Shown in pieces: positions 1 through 11,161 of a stretch of 64,000 nt of DNA. Made by a program: the position numbers and the translations under genes. This stretch comes from an uncultured Ignavibacteriaceae bacterium (GTDB lineage: Bacteria; Bacteroidota; Ignavibacteria; UBA10030; BY39), in contig CAYTID010000001.1 in assembly GCA_964437735.1 (NCBI GenBank), positions 8,169 through 72,168 on the forward strand, written 5' to 3'. Within the stretch, counting starts at the first letter, position 1. Each line of letters opens with the position of its first letter. The notes below the pieces were generated by a model that was not told the DNA's origin, made no database searches, and worked only from the letters and a program-made list of their open reading frames with translations.

Positions 1-50
1 ACCCTTATGAAACATCGTCAGCATATCCATAGAAATCCTTTCAAATATTT

Positions 51-1655
51 TTAAAAATTATAACGCACTTTTAATTTTAATCTTGTACCGGGGGCATCAA
101 AACCTTTCCACCATTGGTATTTAGTATTCAGAATATTTTCAATATCCATAGTGAGTATAGCAGACTTTAAAATATTGGATGAAACGCCGGCATTCAATAA
201 AAAGTAATCGGAAAATTTTGAATCAGAAATCTGATCGGTTTTTCGTTCACCGCTAAAGTCGGCTCCTAACCATATTTTTAAAGGAATATTCAAGGCAACT
301 TCCCCGCGAGCTTTCAACATCAGTTCGGGAACCATAGGCATTTGAGCATCTGTTGTTTTATCAGTGATTTTTTGAAAAACACCAGACAGATAGAGATTAA
401 CATTGTCAGTAAATTTCATCGAACCGCCTAAGTCAAATATCAACTGATTTGTACTCGTGTATCCGATATAAGGAAAACCATTCCCGGTATCAACTGAAAT
501 AAAAGGAGAATTTTTTGATTCAGAATAATTGATTTTGCTTTCAACTTTAAAAACATCGTAACTTAAACCTGTATTGATCCCGAAATTTAAAACTTTTAAA
601 TCGTGTCGTAACAATAATTCCCGGTTCAAATACGGAATTTCAATCATATTGTTAATGTAAGATGCCAGAATTGCCTCGGGTTCCCACCAGAAAGAAAAAT
701 TAAGATTTTCCGCTGCGTTCACCTTTATTACGGCAAGAGGAGAAAACATCCTTCCGGTTCCACCGTCCGAATATGAACCTGTTGCAAATTTCAGCCCTAA
801 TAATGCCGAAATGTTTTCCGAAAATTTTGTCTGCCCTGTCGATGATAAGGTAATAAGGTTGGGCGATTCAGCAGGAAGATCATAGTTCAATGTAGAAGCC
901 TCGTACGAAAATTTGGTAAGCAAGTTAATAGAGCCAATCTCCGCGGCTATGCCGGCATTTATTTCAGGAGAGAATGAAGACACATCCTTACCGTTGTCAC
1001 TAATAGTCAGTGTTGACAGTTTTATTCCGGCATCAAAAGCTACCGGACGGAATTCAGTTGACAATAATTTACCATCTATATCAAATTTTCGTCTGGTTCT
1101 TTCTACAGTAGAATTGCTAAGACCAAAAATACCAAATTGATCTCTCATTAATTCCGATTTCAATGTTGTTCTGAAATTTTTTAATAAATCATTGTCTGTA
1201 TAAACTATAGTGTTGAAATCACCACCAATAATGAATCGGGTTCCCTCTGCATTTTTTGTATGCCCGTTTGTTGTTGCATACCCCCCGCGAATGGATGCTT
1301 CCCATGTCAGATCCGAATAACCCGCAGTTCCATAAAATCCTAGCGTGGAAAAATTTCCGGCTTCTCCTTCAGCATATGCTCGCCACGATCTCCCCATTTC
1401 TCTCGTTTGAGCGGATGAAGAAACAAATATATCTGACTTCATTTTGTTTCCAAGTATTGAAGTATCAGGTTTGGGCGCTTCATAAATATTTATGGTTAAT
1501 ATTTCACCTTTGCGTGCGAAAGGAAGAGTTATCGCTTTTTTTCCTACAATTGTAATTTCAGGAATATCGAGTTTAGGCATTTCTTTTTCTTCCTGAGCTG
1601 TCAGCAAGGATGAGGTGATTAGAACAACGATTAATAAATTCAGGATTTTCATCAT
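51..1655 (-). CDS. Predicted outer-membrane beta-barrel protein (signal peptide, C-terminal ...RYNF aromatic terminus); function unknown
   Basis: N-terminal hydrophobic signal MMKILNLLIVVLITSSLLTAQ. Alternating amphipathic beta-strand pattern. Terminal Phe typical of OMPs. The start overlaps the upstream TPR gene by 4 nt. Confidence 0.55.
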   Translation of the reverse strand: MMKILNLLIVVLITSSLLTAQEEKEMPKLDIPEITIVGKKAITLPFARKGEILTINIYEAPKPDTSILGNKMKSDIFVSSSAQTREMGRSWRAYAEGEAGNFSTLGFYGTAGYSDLTWEASIRGGYATTNGHTKNAEGTRFIIGGDFNTIVYTDNDLLKNFRTTLKSELMRDQFGIFGLSNSTVERTRRKFDIDGKLLSTEFRPVAFDAGIKLSTLTISDNGKDVSSFSPEINAGIAAEIGSINLLTKFSYEASTLNYDLPAESPNLITLSSTGQTKFSENISALLGLKFATGSYSDGGTGRMFSPLAVIKVNAAENLNFSFWWEPEAILASYINNMIEIPYLNRELLLRHDLKVLNFGINTGLSYDVFKVESKINYSESKNSPFISVDTGNGFPYIGYTSTNQLIFDLGGSMKFTDNVNLYLSGVFQKITDKTTDAQMPMVPELMLKARGEVALNIPLKIWLGADFSGERKTDQISDSKFSDYFLLNAGVSSNILKSAILTMDIENILNTKYQWWKGFDAPGTRLKLKVRYNF

Positions 1656-4600
1656 TTCAACCTCCTCAATCTTTCTTCAGCATCTTTCTTAATAACGGGA
1701 TCAATCGGATTATTGATAATCTGAGAATAAGCATTTCTCGCTTTTGCTCTGTCCTTCAATCTTTCAAAACATTCTCCTGATCCGAGCCATGCTCTTTCAA
1801 CAAGTACAGGATAATGCGGGAAAGCCTCAACAACCTGATTGAATGAATTCAATGCATCAGCCGGTTTTTTCAGAGATAAGAAATTTTCACCTATCAATAA
1901 CAAGGCTTCTGCCGCTATATCATCGCTAAGGATGGTAAGTATGACGTTCAGCGTATCGATTGCCTCATTATATTGTTTTTTAGTCTGAAGCATCCGCGCA
2001 ATCTGAAGTCTGCTTCTATGGGCAAAAATTTCTTCAGCCGGTGCGTTCTGAATAACTTTTCGGAAAACTGAACGGGCACTCTCAGCATCTTTCATGTTTA
2101 TATAGGCAACACCGGCGTTGTATTGAGCTTCATAAACCAGAGGTGATGTTGAGTATCTTTCTTCTATCGAATTGAAATTTATCAATGCCTGCTGCCAAAG
2201 CTTTTGTTTTAAATATAAATAACCGATGGATAACAAAGCACCCGGTGCAATTTCACTCTCCGGAAATTCTAATTGTATGCGGGAAAAATAATCAATTGAT
2301 GTGGGTATGTTGTTTTCAAACTCAAATGCCCGTCCCAGTTGAAATAAAGCCTTTGATTTTGTAGCCGGATTGGATTGAAGATGGAGAATCTTTAAGTACT
2401 CTATTGCTGCCAACCCGAAATTCCCCTGCCCGAACAGAATATCACCTTTGCGAAGCAATAGTTCATCGTTACCGCCGCTTTCTGATTGTTTTGAAATAAG
2501 AGCATCAATTGCGGCAACCGCATCGGCTGATTTTCCTTGGGCCTGATATGTAAACTGTAATCCGTTAATTGCATCTGGTTTCAGCAAACTTGTCGGGTAT
2601 TCTTCAATGATTCTCTTGTAGTAAGCGCGGGCGTCATCATATTCACCAATGTTATAATAGGAATCACCTTTGTTCAGCAATACACGCGGCATCAACAGGC
2701 TCTGGGAATACCATCCCTCAAATACCGTAAATTCCGCAATCGCCTTTGTAAATTGTTCAACTGAATAGTATGCCCATGCTATATTGAACTGAGCGACTTC
2801 GCTATAACTTGAAGCCGGATATTTTTGTAAAAACCTGCGCATGTGCTCGACACCCCTTGAAATATCACCACGTTGAATATACGACAATCCTAATTGAAAG
2901 GCAGCGTACTCAGCCAACCGTGAATCTTTTTTACCTTCAGCTAACGAAGTATACAATTGTGTTGCTTTGTCAAATTCACGTAAAAAGAAAAAACAGTCGG
3001 CTTTGCGCAAATTTGCCTCTATGTTTTTTTCCATCTTAGGATTTTCAGCAATAAAATTATCAAATGCCGTAATAGCTTGTTTGAATTTTTTCTGCTCAAA
3101 ATATGCCCAGCTTAAACCGTACAACGCATCAATACGTTTTTGATGGTCTTTCTTCATTGCTTTTATAGCAGAAGAATAGGATTGCTCAGCATCTGAAAAT
3201 TTACTTGACTGATATAACGCTTCGCCTTTCCAGAAAAAAGCATCGGCAACTAATTTATGTCGGCCGAATTTTCGTATGAACTCGGAAAATTTCTCATCGC
3301 TACTGTTAAAGCGTCCAAGATGATACAATACGATTCCTTCCTGCATGATCGCAGATGTTATCAATGTATCATGAGCAGGCAATTTCTGAACTTGCGAAAA
3401 AGCATATTGCGCATACGCCAGATCGCCGAACACAATGCTCGCTTCGCCTAACAATAGAAATGCTTCTGCCCTGAATCCGCTATTAGGAAACAGCTTTGCG
3501 GCTATTTGAAAATTTCTTCTGGCATCAGAATATTGTTTTTGATTATATCTAATCAAACCGATATAAAAATAGGCATCATCCGCATAATCGTTATATGGAA
3601 ACTTGCCTACCAATTCATCGAATGCTTCAATTGCACCGGCATGATTTTCTGTTAAATAAGATATGGCGCCAATCTGAAACAGCGAATTTTGCGCAAGTGT
3701 ATCGTTGCCCAAAGATATTTCCTTAAAATATCCGATTGCTTCCTGATAATTCTTGATTTTAAGATTGCACCAGGCTAAACCATATTTGGCGTTCCTTGTA
3801 TGAATTCCTTGAGGAAATGTTTTTATTAATTCTTGGTATTTCGTTTTGGAATTCAGATATGCGCCAATCGAGTATTCAGCTTCGGCATACAGGAATAACC
3901 AATCATTTTTTTGTTTCGGATTAACGGGTTTTATTTTATTTAAAATCTCTATTGCTTTTCCATTTTGATTAAGTCGAATGAAGAGCGAAGCGAGTCGAAT
4001 GTTTGAATTAATCTTTAACGGACTTTCAGGAAAATCCTGCGATAATTTTTCAAAACGACTGATCGCAGCTTTGAAGTCTCCGGATTTATCATTCACTTCT
4101 CCCCATAAAAACAAAATATCGTCCTTTTTTAAAATTTTATCAGAAAGATTATTCTTTTCCGGTGAAATTAAATTATACGAACTAAAAATATCGTTTTCGG
4201 CATTTTTTAGATTTCCAAGTTCAAGTTCGGATAATGCTTTCCAGTAATAGGCTTCACCTTTCAGTGCATTATCGGTTTTTATGATATTTTGAAATGATTT
4301 AACTGCAGACTGAAACCGCGAAGTATGATAAGCGCTAATTCCGCGGTAATAATTCGCTCCAATATTACGGAATCCGCTGACTTTTTGCCGAAACAATTCT
4401 TCCGACGACTGGTAGGCGTCTTCATATTTTTGTTGTTCGATATAACATCTGGTTAACAGGAAGAGTGCATCTTCAGTTTGTTCAAATTGGGGTAATGTGC
4501 GCAGGTAATCTTCCAGCATCCATTGCGCTTTTTGATACAAGCCCGCCTCTACATACTGCTTTGATTCAAGTAGCGGATTTTGACCAATAGATACTTGATC

Positions 4601-4675
4601 GAACAATAAATGTTGAGAATAGGTCAGATTTGCAATGCTAAAAACTAGTACTAATCCGGTAATTATATTTTTCAT
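1652..4675 (-). CDS. Large secreted tetratricopeptide-repeat (TPR) protein
   Basis: Signal peptide MKNIITGLVLVFSIANLTYSQ. About 1000 aa of recurring 34-residue W/LG/Y/A-F/A-P TPR pattern (repeated YY.GLA.Y..G.Y..A-type motifs). Translationally coupled to the downstream beta-barrel ORF. Confidence 0.8.
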   Translation of the reverse strand: MKNIITGLVLVFSIANLTYSQHLLFDQVSIGQNPLLESKQYVEAGLYQKAQWMLEDYLRTLPQFEQTEDALFLLTRCYIEQQKYEDAYQSSEELFRQKVSGFRNIGANYYRGISAYHTSRFQSAVKSFQNIIKTDNALKGEAYYWKALSELELGNLKNAENDIFSSYNLISPEKNNLSDKILKKDDILFLWGEVNDKSGDFKAAISRFEKLSQDFPESPLKINSNIRLASLFIRLNQNGKAIEILNKIKPVNPKQKNDWLFLYAEAEYSIGAYLNSKTKYQELIKTFPQGIHTRNAKYGLAWCNLKIKNYQEAIGYFKEISLGNDTLAQNSLFQIGAISYLTENHAGAIEAFDELVGKFPYNDYADDAYFYIGLIRYNQKQYSDARRNFQIAAKLFPNSGFRAEAFLLLGEASIVFGDLAYAQYAFSQVQKLPAHDTLITSAIMQEGIVLYHLGRFNSSDEKFSEFIRKFGRHKLVADAFFWKGEALYQSSKFSDAEQSYSSAIKAMKKDHQKRIDALYGLSWAYFEQKKFKQAITAFDNFIAENPKMEKNIEANLRKADCFFFLREFDKATQLYTSLAEGKKDSRLAEYAAFQLGLSYIQRGDISRGVEHMRRFLQKYPASSYSEVAQFNIAWAYYSVEQFTKAIAEFTVFEGWYSQSLLMPRVLLNKGDSYYNIGEYDDARAYYKRIIEEYPTSLLKPDAINGLQFTYQAQGKSADAVAAIDALISKQSESGGNDELLLRKGDILFGQGNFGLAAIEYLKILHLQSNPATKSKALFQLGRAFEFENNIPTSIDYFSRIQLEFPESEIAPGALLSIGYLYLKQKLWQQALINFNSIEERYSTSPLVYEAQYNAGVAYINMKDAESARSVFRKVIQNAPAEEIFAHRSRLQIARMLQTKKQYNEAIDTLNVILTILSDDIAAEALLLIGENFLSLKKPADALNSFNQVVEAFPHYPVLVERAWLGSGECFERLKDRAKARNAYSQIINNPIDPVIKKDAEERLRRLK

Positions 4676-4930
4676 AAAAATTTCAAATATTTTTATTAAA
4701 ATTTGAAATTATACGCCAAAATCAAACATTTGGTTTCAATAATTGTATAATTAATATTTTTTTATGTTTTTGTTTCATTCAATTATCCTTATCCATTAAC
4801 TCTCAATAATATAATATAATAGGTTTATCTTTTCAAGTTTTATTTGAAATTAATCCGATTAATTATTAAAGAGAAACAATTGCCGATAAACTTTAAGAAC
4901 TATCTAAAATTAGGAAAAAATAAGGATATC

Positions 4931-5884
4931 TTATTTTGAGGACATTTCCAACATGCGTTGAATTGGTATTAGGGCACGTTGTCGGAGATCCTCCTTAATA
5001 ATGATTTCGGGGGATCGATTTTTCATACAGAGGTACAATTTTTCCAGCGTATTCAACTTCATATAAGGACATTCATTGCATGAGCAACTGTTGTCGTTTG
5101 GAGGGGCTGGAATGAATATTTTTTCAGGACAATATTTCTGCATTTGATGAATTATCCCAGCTTCGGTAGCCACGATAAATTCGTTGTATTGGCTTTCGCA
5201 TACGTGGGTAAGCAAGCCACTCGTTGATCCTATAAAATCGGCTTCATTTAAAATCGATTCTTCACATTCAGGGTGAGCGATCAGTTTTGCATTTGGGTGT
5301 TTGTACTTTAATTCGATAATCTTACGTTGATTAAAGGTTTCATGAACAATACACGAACCCTGCCAGAGCACCATTTCCCTGCCGGTTTTTTTTATCAAAT
5401 ATTTACCTAAATTTTTATCAGGAGCAAAAATTATTTTTGTTTCAACAGGAATTTGATTTATGATTTTCTCTGCGCTGCTCGATGTACAAATAATGTCACT
5501 CAGTGCTTTCACTTCTGCGCTGGAATTTATGTATGTAATTACAACATGTTCAGGATGTTGTTCATTGAATAATTTAAATGCTTCAGGCGGACATCCTTCC
5601 GCCAAAGAGCAACCTGCTTCCAGATCCGGCAGAAGAACTTGTTTTTCCGGACTTAGAATTTTTGCCGTCTCCGCCATAAAATGAACTCCCGCAAAAACTA
5701 TCACATCGGCATCTGTCGCAGCAGCTTTCCGCGATAACTCCAGACTATCTCCGACAAAATCTGCCAAATCCTGAATCTCAGAGTATTGATAGTAATGAGC
5801 CAGAATAATAGCGTTTAATTCTTTTTTAAAAAGAAGAATTTTATTCTCTAAATCAACAGGTATTTCTTGTGTAATCATTGACAT
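4931..5884 (-). CDS. nadA: Quinolinate synthase A
   Basis: Full-length similarity to the NadA family as recalled ([17 protein letters not shown]..., conserved Cys-containing segments, about 317 aa). Confidence 0.88.
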   Translation of the reverse strand: MSMITQEIPVDLENKILLFKKELNAIILAHYYQYSEIQDLADFVGDSLELSRKAAATDADVIVFAGVHFMAETAKILSPEKQVLLPDLEAGCSLAEGCPPEAFKLFNEQHPEHVVITYINSSAEVKALSDIICTSSSAEKIINQIPVETKIIFAPDKNLGKYLIKKTGREMVLWQGSCIVHETFNQRKIIELKYKHPNAKLIAHPECEESILNEADFIGSTSGLLTHVCESQYNEFIVATEAGIIHQMQKYCPEKIFIPAPPNDNSCSCNECPYMKLNTLEKLYLCMKNRSPEIIIKEDLRQRALIPIQRMLEMSSK

Positions 5885-5967
5885 ATTGGGAATATGATTT
5901 CAATTTAAAAACAATTTGCGGAATGTAATAGTTCTGGAACGAATAATTTCTTATTACTCGAAGAATG

Positions 5968-6153
5968 TTACTCTTTACCTTTCTTATCTGTTATATCTTC
6001 GAATTTTGCATCTTCAATGTTTGAAAATTTATTTGAAGCTTTGTCGGTCTTAACCGATACATCATCTTTTTTTGCGGTCAACAACTTTATTATCCTCTTG
6101 AAAATATACCATAACAAAAAAAATATGCTAACGTATAATAAAAATCTTATCAT
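5968..6153 (-). CDS. Small hypothetical membrane protein (61 aa), start overlaps dNK stop
   Basis: One predicted TM helix (FLLYVSIFFLLWYIF) followed by a Lys/Asp-rich tail. ATGA-type overlap with the upstream gene suggests coupling. No family recognised. Confidence 0.3.
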   Translation of the reverse strand: MIRFLLYVSIFFLLWYIFKRIIKLLTAKKDDVSVKTDKASNKFSNIEDAKFEDITDKKGKE

Positions 6154-6851
6154 TATTGCTTTTTCCTCATTGGATTATAATACTCAACAGGAGCCTTGTT
6201 CTGTCTGAATATTTCCGTCAATAATTCTTCAAAATCTTTTTCGTTATTCACAAAATCAATTGCTGAGGCATTAACTATTAAAAGCGGGGCATTTTTATAA
6301 CGGAAGAAAAAATAATTATAGGCTTCGTTTAAGTCACGTATATAATCTACCGACATATTTTTTTCGATATCTCGATTTCTTTGCTTGATGTTCGACATCA
6401 ATCTGTCTACCGACGATTGAATATATACTACCAGGTCAGGAGTAGGAATGCTATGCTCGATAGTTGACAGAAGAGACTCATACAACTTGAGCTCGTTTTC
6501 AGCAAGATTCAAATAGGCGAATATTTTATCTTTTTCAAAAATATAATCGGTTACTAAAAATCTGTGAAAAAGATCTGCCTGAAAAAGTTCTTTCTGCTGC
6601 TTAAACCTGCTTAAAAGAAAAAATATTTGCGTTTGGAAGGCATAATGCACCGGTTCCTCATAAAATTTTGAGAGGAACGGATTTTCTTCAAATTTTTCCA
6701 AGACTACTCTTGCGCTTAATAGATCCCCGATTTTTGTAGCAAGACTCGTCTTACCAGCACCTATTACACCTTCAATGGCAATATGTCTTATCTCTGAATT
6801 CTCTGTCAGTGCCTTTATATCTATCACTTTAATTTCCTTCCGTTTTTTCAT
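6153..6851 (-). CDS. Deoxynucleoside kinase (dAK/dGK/dCK family)
   Basis: P-loop IAIEGVIGAGKTSLATKIG, then the ERS/DRY-like region and typical dNK length (232 aa). Confidence 0.8.
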   Translation of the reverse strand: MKKRKEIKVIDIKALTENSEIRHIAIEGVIGAGKTSLATKIGDLLSARVVLEKFEENPFLSKFYEEPVHYAFQTQIFFLLSRFKQQKELFQADLFHRFLVTDYIFEKDKIFAYLNLAENELKLYESLLSTIEHSIPTPDLVVYIQSSVDRLMSNIKQRNRDIEKNMSVDYIRDLNEAYNYFFFRYKNAPLLIVNASAIDFVNNEKDFEELLTEIFRQNKAPVEYYNPMRKKQ

Positions 6852-7338
6852 TTAATGAAAGAGCAGTCCGCATTACCAAACTTCTGTCTCGACAGTGCCT
6901 GAATAAGCTAATCATAGTTCTTCCCAGAATCGGGTGTATCGCGGTCGGTGATATCTCACTTAAAGGTTCCAACACAAATCTTCTTCTTTCCAATTCCGGA
7001 TGAGGAATAGTTAATTCATTGTTTTCAAACGACCAGCCTTTATAAAATAAAATATCTATATCTAATGTTCTGGATTCCATATGCGAATGTTTTTTTCGTC
7101 CTAATTTGGTTTCGATCAATTGTAATTTACTGAATAATTCAGGAGGATATAAACCAGTTTCTATTTCGACAACAACGTTTAAAAATCTTTCTTGATTTTC
7201 AACCTTCCAGGGTTCAGTTTCATAAACAGAAGAAATCAATCTGACTTTTACCAGCTTTTCAATTTCTTTTAATGCATTTGAAAGAAATTTTAACCTATCA
7301 CCTATATTTGAACCGAGACCCAAATAGACAACAAACAT
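6829..7338 (-). CDS. folK: 2-amino-4-hydroxy-6-hydroxymethyldihydropteridine pyrophosphokinase
   Basis: N-terminal VYLGLGSNIGDR motif and HPPK-family length. Overlaps dNK by 23 nt. Confidence 0.85.
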   Translation of the reverse strand: MFVVYLGLGSNIGDRLKFLSNALKEIEKLVKVRLISSVYETEPWKVENQERFLNVVVEIETGLYPPELFSKLQLIETKLGRKKHSHMESRTLDIDILFYKGWSFENNELTIPHPELERRRFVLEPLSEISPTAIHPILGRTMISLFRHCRDRSLVMRTALSLNEKTEGN

Positions 7339-7340
7339 AT

Positions 7341-7712
7341 TCAGTTTCTTTTTCTTGATACCGCTACTTCAACATAATCTACAACCCCTTTTACCGGGGG
7401 ATGTGGTTTCCGCAGATTTACCATAACTTTTGAAATATTTCTATATTCTTCCAAAAGTCTATCAGCGATGGATGAAGCTAATGATTCAAGTAAAAAATAT
7501 TTTTTTTCATTGACAAGGCTTTTTAAAAGTGAATATATTTTTTCATAGTCGACAGTTAGATTTAAATTATCACTTTTTGCAGCCTCCGAAAAATCAGTTG
7601 TCATTTCGATATCAACTTCGAATTTTCCGCCCAACCTCTGTTCATCTTTATCGACTCCGTGGTAAGCGTAAAATACCGCATTTTTAATGCGGATGATATC
7701 CTGATTTGTCAT
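7341..7712 (-). CDS. folB: Dihydroneopterin aldolase
   Basis: IKNAVFYAYHGVDKDEQRLGGKFEVDIEM resembles the FolB core. 123 aa. Adjacent to folK. Confidence 0.85.
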   Translation of the reverse strand: MTNQDIIRIKNAVFYAYHGVDKDEQRLGGKFEVDIEMTTDFSEAAKSDNLNLTVDYEKIYSLLKSLVNEKKYFLLESLASSIADRLLEEYRNISKVMVNLRKPHPPVKGVVDYVEVAVSRKRN

Positions 7713-7789
7713 ATTGCACTTTTGTTTTGAAAAATATATTACTTTTGAGCATAATAATCAAGGAAATATTTTCTCTATATCAAATCCAT

Positions 7790-9475
7790 TTAACTACCGT
7801 ATTTTTCGATTTTTGCCCAGGTGTCACGAAGAGTTGTTGTCCGATTCAAGACTAAGATTTTATCTGTAGAATCCTTGTCAAAACAAAAATATCCCAATCT
7901 CTCAAACTGTAAATAATCTAATTTGTTTACATTAGCTAAAAACGGCTCTAACTTGCAATTCCTTATAATTTCAAGTGAATCAGGATTTATAAATTTTTTC
8001 CAATCATCGCCTGCTGGATCTTCCACCGTGAATAACCTGTCGTACAATCTAACTTCCGCTTCTAGAGCATGTTCAGCAGAAACCCAATGGATTGTACCTT
8101 TTACTTTCTTCTGACTTTCAGATAATCCGCTCCTTGTTAGGGGGTCATATGTGCAGTGGAGTTCTGTAATTTCTCCGGTTGTTTCATCTTTTACAACATT
8201 TGTACATTTAATTATGTAAGCATATTTCAAACGAACTTCATTTCCCGGAGATAACCTGAAAAATTTTTTCGGAGGATCTTCACGGAAATCATCTTGCTCG
8301 ATAAAGAGATATTTCGAAAAAGGAATTTTTCTCTTCCCTTTTCCGGGATCTTCAGGATTGTTAACCGCATCCATTTCTTCGATGAGATCATCGGGATAAT
8401 TAGTGATTACAACTTTCAAAGGCTTTAGAACTGCCATTACCCGCTGAGCTCGTTTATTAAGATCAGAACGCAGGCTATCTTCCAGAGATGCAACATCAAT
8501 CATGTTTTCCCTTTTTGCAACTCCGACTCTGTCAGCAAATATTCTTATGGATTCAGGGCTATAACCTCTCCTTCTCAAACCGGAAATTGTTGGCATCCTT
8601 GGGTCATCCCATCCGTTAACATGTTTTTCTTCTACCAATTGAAGTAGCCTGCGCTTACTCATGACTGTATAAGTCAGATTAAGCCTGGCAAATTCAATTT
8701 GTTGCGGATGATACACACCTAGTTCATCAATAAACCAATCGTATAATGGTCTGTGGTCTTCAAATTCAAGCGTACAAATCGAATGAGTAATTCCTTCAAT
8801 CGAATCACTCAAGCCGTGTGCCCAGTCGTACATCGGATAGATACACCAATCATCACCGGTCCGGTGGTGAGTTGATCGGAGAATTCTATACATAACTGGA
8901 TCTCTCATATTCAGATTCGGAGAAGACATATCAATTTTCGCACGGAGCGTTCGGGATCCATCCGGGAATTCACCTTTTCGCATACGCTCAAATAAATCAA
9001 GATTTTCTTCAACAGATCGATTTCTGAACGGACTTTCTTTCCCGGGCTCGGTCAATGTTCCCCGATACTCGCGTGTTTGATCGGCTGTTAAATCACAAAC
9101 ATATGCCTTCCCTTTTTTAATAAGTTGTAATGCATAGTCGAATAATTGTTGGAAGTAATCCGAAGCATAAAATTCTCTGTCTCCCCAATCAAATCCGAGC
9201 CAATGCACATCTTCCTTAATCGATTCGACATATTCAAGTTCTTCTTTACTTGGATTGGTATCGTCGAATCTTAAATTGCAAAATCCATTATAATCGTTCG
9301 CAATCCCAAAATTTAAGCAGATTGATTTTGCGTGTCCGATGTGGAGATAACCGTTTGGTTCGGGAGGAAAACGTGTATTAACGCGTCCATTAAATTTATT
9401 TGTCTTTAAATCTTCATCAATAAATTCACGTATAAAATTTCGCGGTTTTGAATTTTCGTTCTTGTTATTTTCCAT
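7790..9475 (-). CDS. glnS: Glutaminyl-tRNA synthetase
   Basis: Class I HIGH motif region ([17 protein letters not shown]), a KMSKS-like VMSKR motif and GlnRS-type C-terminal anticodon-binding domain. 561 aa. Confidence 0.9.
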   Translation of the reverse strand: MENNKNENSKPRNFIREFIDEDLKTNKFNGRVNTRFPPEPNGYLHIGHAKSICLNFGIANDYNGFCNLRFDDTNPSKEELEYVESIKEDVHWLGFDWGDREFYASDYFQQLFDYALQLIKKGKAYVCDLTADQTREYRGTLTEPGKESPFRNRSVEENLDLFERMRKGEFPDGSRTLRAKIDMSSPNLNMRDPVMYRILRSTHHRTGDDWCIYPMYDWAHGLSDSIEGITHSICTLEFEDHRPLYDWFIDELGVYHPQQIEFARLNLTYTVMSKRRLLQLVEEKHVNGWDDPRMPTISGLRRRGYSPESIRIFADRVGVAKRENMIDVASLEDSLRSDLNKRAQRVMAVLKPLKVVITNYPDDLIEEMDAVNNPEDPGKGKRKIPFSKYLFIEQDDFREDPPKKFFRLSPGNEVRLKYAYIIKCTNVVKDETTGEITELHCTYDPLTRSGLSESQKKVKGTIHWVSAEHALEAEVRLYDRLFTVEDPAGDDWKKFINPDSLEIIRNCKLEPFLANVNKLDYLQFERLGYFCFDKDSTDKILVLNRTTTLRDTWAKIEKYGS

Positions 9476-9479
9476 ACTT

Positions 9480-10943
9480 TTATATTTTTAGCCTTTCTAT
9501 CGCGGTATGAATTCTTTTAATAGTTTCTTCCTTACCGAGGATGTATAAAATATCGTAAAGTCCCGGACCGCCCCCGACACCCGATACCGATAAACGGCAA
9601 GCATGAATCAGTTTCCCGGTACCGATATTTAAAATCTCTGCAGTCTTCTGTAAAGCTTTTTCATAATCCTCCTTAGAAGGATTTACCAATTTTGAAAACT
9701 CTTCCTCTAATTTTTTCAATTGCTCCGGAGTTTCCGGCTTCCATCTTTTTTTCACGACTTCGGGATCATATTCGGTCGGGGATTCAAAAAAGTACGGACT
9801 TTTTTCCGGAAAATCTTTTACAAAAAAAGCTCTCTCGCGCATTGCATCTATCACTTGCATTAAAAAAAAGTCATTATAGATATTATTTTTGAATTTTGAT
9901 CTTGATAATTCTTCTTTTAATAAATTTAATACATCGTTTTCAGATTTTCTTCTCAAATGTTCAAAGTTTAACCAATTCAATTTTTCTAAATTAAAAACCG
10001 CGCCGGCTTTATTAACTTTTTCCAAAGAAAATTGTTCTATCAAATCATGAATTGTAAAATATTCCTGTTCAGTGCCGGGATTCCAGCCGAGCATCGCAAC
10101 AAAATTTATCAAAGCTTCTTTCAAATACCCTTTATCCCGATAATCTTCAACGGCAACATCACCTTGGCGCTTGCTGAGTTTGCTCCGGTCGGGATTCAAG
10201 AGAAGAGGAAGATGTGCGAGATTAGGCATTTCCCAACCTAAATATTCATACAAAAGTAAATGTTTCGGCACACTCGGAAGCCACTCCTCACCACGTATAA
10301 TATGAGTGATACCCATCGTATGATCATCTATTACATTAGCCATGTGATAAGTAGGAAATCCATCAGATTTTATCAACACTTGATCGTCGATGATATCACT
10401 TGATATTTCCACTTCATTACGAATAAGGTCATAAAATTTGATCAGACGATTATCAGGTATTTTCATCCTTATAACATATGGAATACCCGTTTCTAATTTG
10501 GAATCAATTTCATTTTGTGTTAATAAAAGGCAGCGCTTATCATATTTCGGAAAATTTTGATTCTTTTCCTGGTTTTTCCGCATTTCGTCGAGTCGTTCAC
10601 TCGTACAAAAACATCGATATGCATAACCATCATTAATTAATTGGGCAGCATACTTTTTATAAAAATCTAAGCGTTCTGATTGCATATAAGGACCAAATCC
10701 ACCCTCCTTACCCGGTCCTTCATCAAAATCTAGTCCTGCCCACCTGAGCATTTTTATTAAATTTTCAACAGCGCCTTCTACATATCTGCTTCTGTCAGTA
10801 TCTTCAATCCTTAGGATAAATGTACCATTGTTTTTTCTGGCAAAAAGGTAATTATATAACGCCGTCCGAAGTCCGCCGACGTGAAGGTAACCTGTTGGAC
10901 TTGGGGCAAATCGGACTCTAATTTTATCTGTTTTCATTTGCAA
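9480..10943 (-). CDS. gltX: Glutamyl-tRNA synthetase
   Basis: [28 protein letters not shown] (HIGH region) and KLSKR motif. 487 aa. Confidence 0.9.
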   Translation of the reverse strand: MQMKTDKIRVRFAPSPTGYLHVGGLRTALYNYLFARKNNGTFILRIEDTDRSRYVEGAVENLIKMLRWAGLDFDEGPGKEGGFGPYMQSERLDFYKKYAAQLINDGYAYRCFCTSERLDEMRKNQEKNQNFPKYDKRCLLLTQNEIDSKLETGIPYVIRMKIPDNRLIKFYDLIRNEVEISSDIIDDQVLIKSDGFPTYHMANVIDDHTMGITHIIRGEEWLPSVPKHLLLYEYLGWEMPNLAHLPLLLNPDRSKLSKRQGDVAVEDYRDKGYLKEALINFVAMLGWNPGTEQEYFTIHDLIEQFSLEKVNKAGAVFNLEKLNWLNFEHLRRKSENDVLNLLKEELSRSKFKNNIYNDFFLMQVIDAMRERAFFVKDFPEKSPYFFESPTEYDPEVVKKRWKPETPEQLKKLEEEFSKLVNPSKEDYEKALQKTAEILNIGTGKLIHACRLSVSGVGGGPGLYDILYILGKEETIKRIHTAIERLKI

Positions 10944-11029
10944 AAGTTAGATTTTCCATAATGGAATAATTAAAGAAAATATTCGGAAAAAACAATTTTA
11001 TGATTGAAAAAAACACGTAGGGTGTTTTA

Positions 11030-11062
11030 CAAAAAAAACAGCCGATATTTAAAATCGGCTGT
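11030..11062 (-). terminator. Rho-independent terminator downstream of tRNA-Ser (9-bp perfect stem acagccgat/atcggctgt followed by U8 on the minus strand)
   Basis: Hairpin at 11038-11062 is read directly from the sequence. On the plus strand it is preceded by A8, which is a U-run after the stem on the minus strand. Confidence 0.55.
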
Positions 11063-11069
11063 TTCATCC

Positions 11070-11161
11070 GGCGGAGAGGGAGAGATTCGAACTCTCGATA
11101 GCAGTCTACCCACTATGACGGTTTAGCAAACCGTTGCCTTCAGCCACTCGGCCACCTCTCC
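11070..11161 (-). tRNA. tRNA-Ser (anticodon GCU), type II with long variable arm
   Basis: The reverse complement reads GGAGAGGTGGCCGAGTGGCTGAAGGCAACGGTTTGCTAAACCGTCATAGTGGGTAGACTGCTATCGAGAGTTCGAATCTCTCCCTCTCCG. The 7-bp acceptor stem, anticodon stem ACGGT/ACCGT with loop TTGCTAA, long variable arm and T-loop TTCGAAT were folded by hand. Confidence 0.85.

Noticed and set aside
913-1555. Plus-strand ORFs of 75-99 aa nested inside the minus-strand OMP gene. The same pattern recurs throughout the track (for example 2809-3039, 3257-3451, 5460-5684, 7923-8114, 18604-18982, 27202-27482, 39195-39749 and 44006-44605).
   Set aside because: These are fully embedded in long, well-supported CDSs on the opposite strand or in another frame. 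They have no RBS and are low-complexity translations, so they are spurious six-frame artefacts.
4914-4934. Perfect AT-only palindrome aaaataag-gatat-cttatttt at the 3' end of nadA.
   Set aside because: The 8-bp stem is entirely A/T, overlaps the stop codon, and has no clear U-tail in the minus-strand sense. It is too weak to call a terminator.
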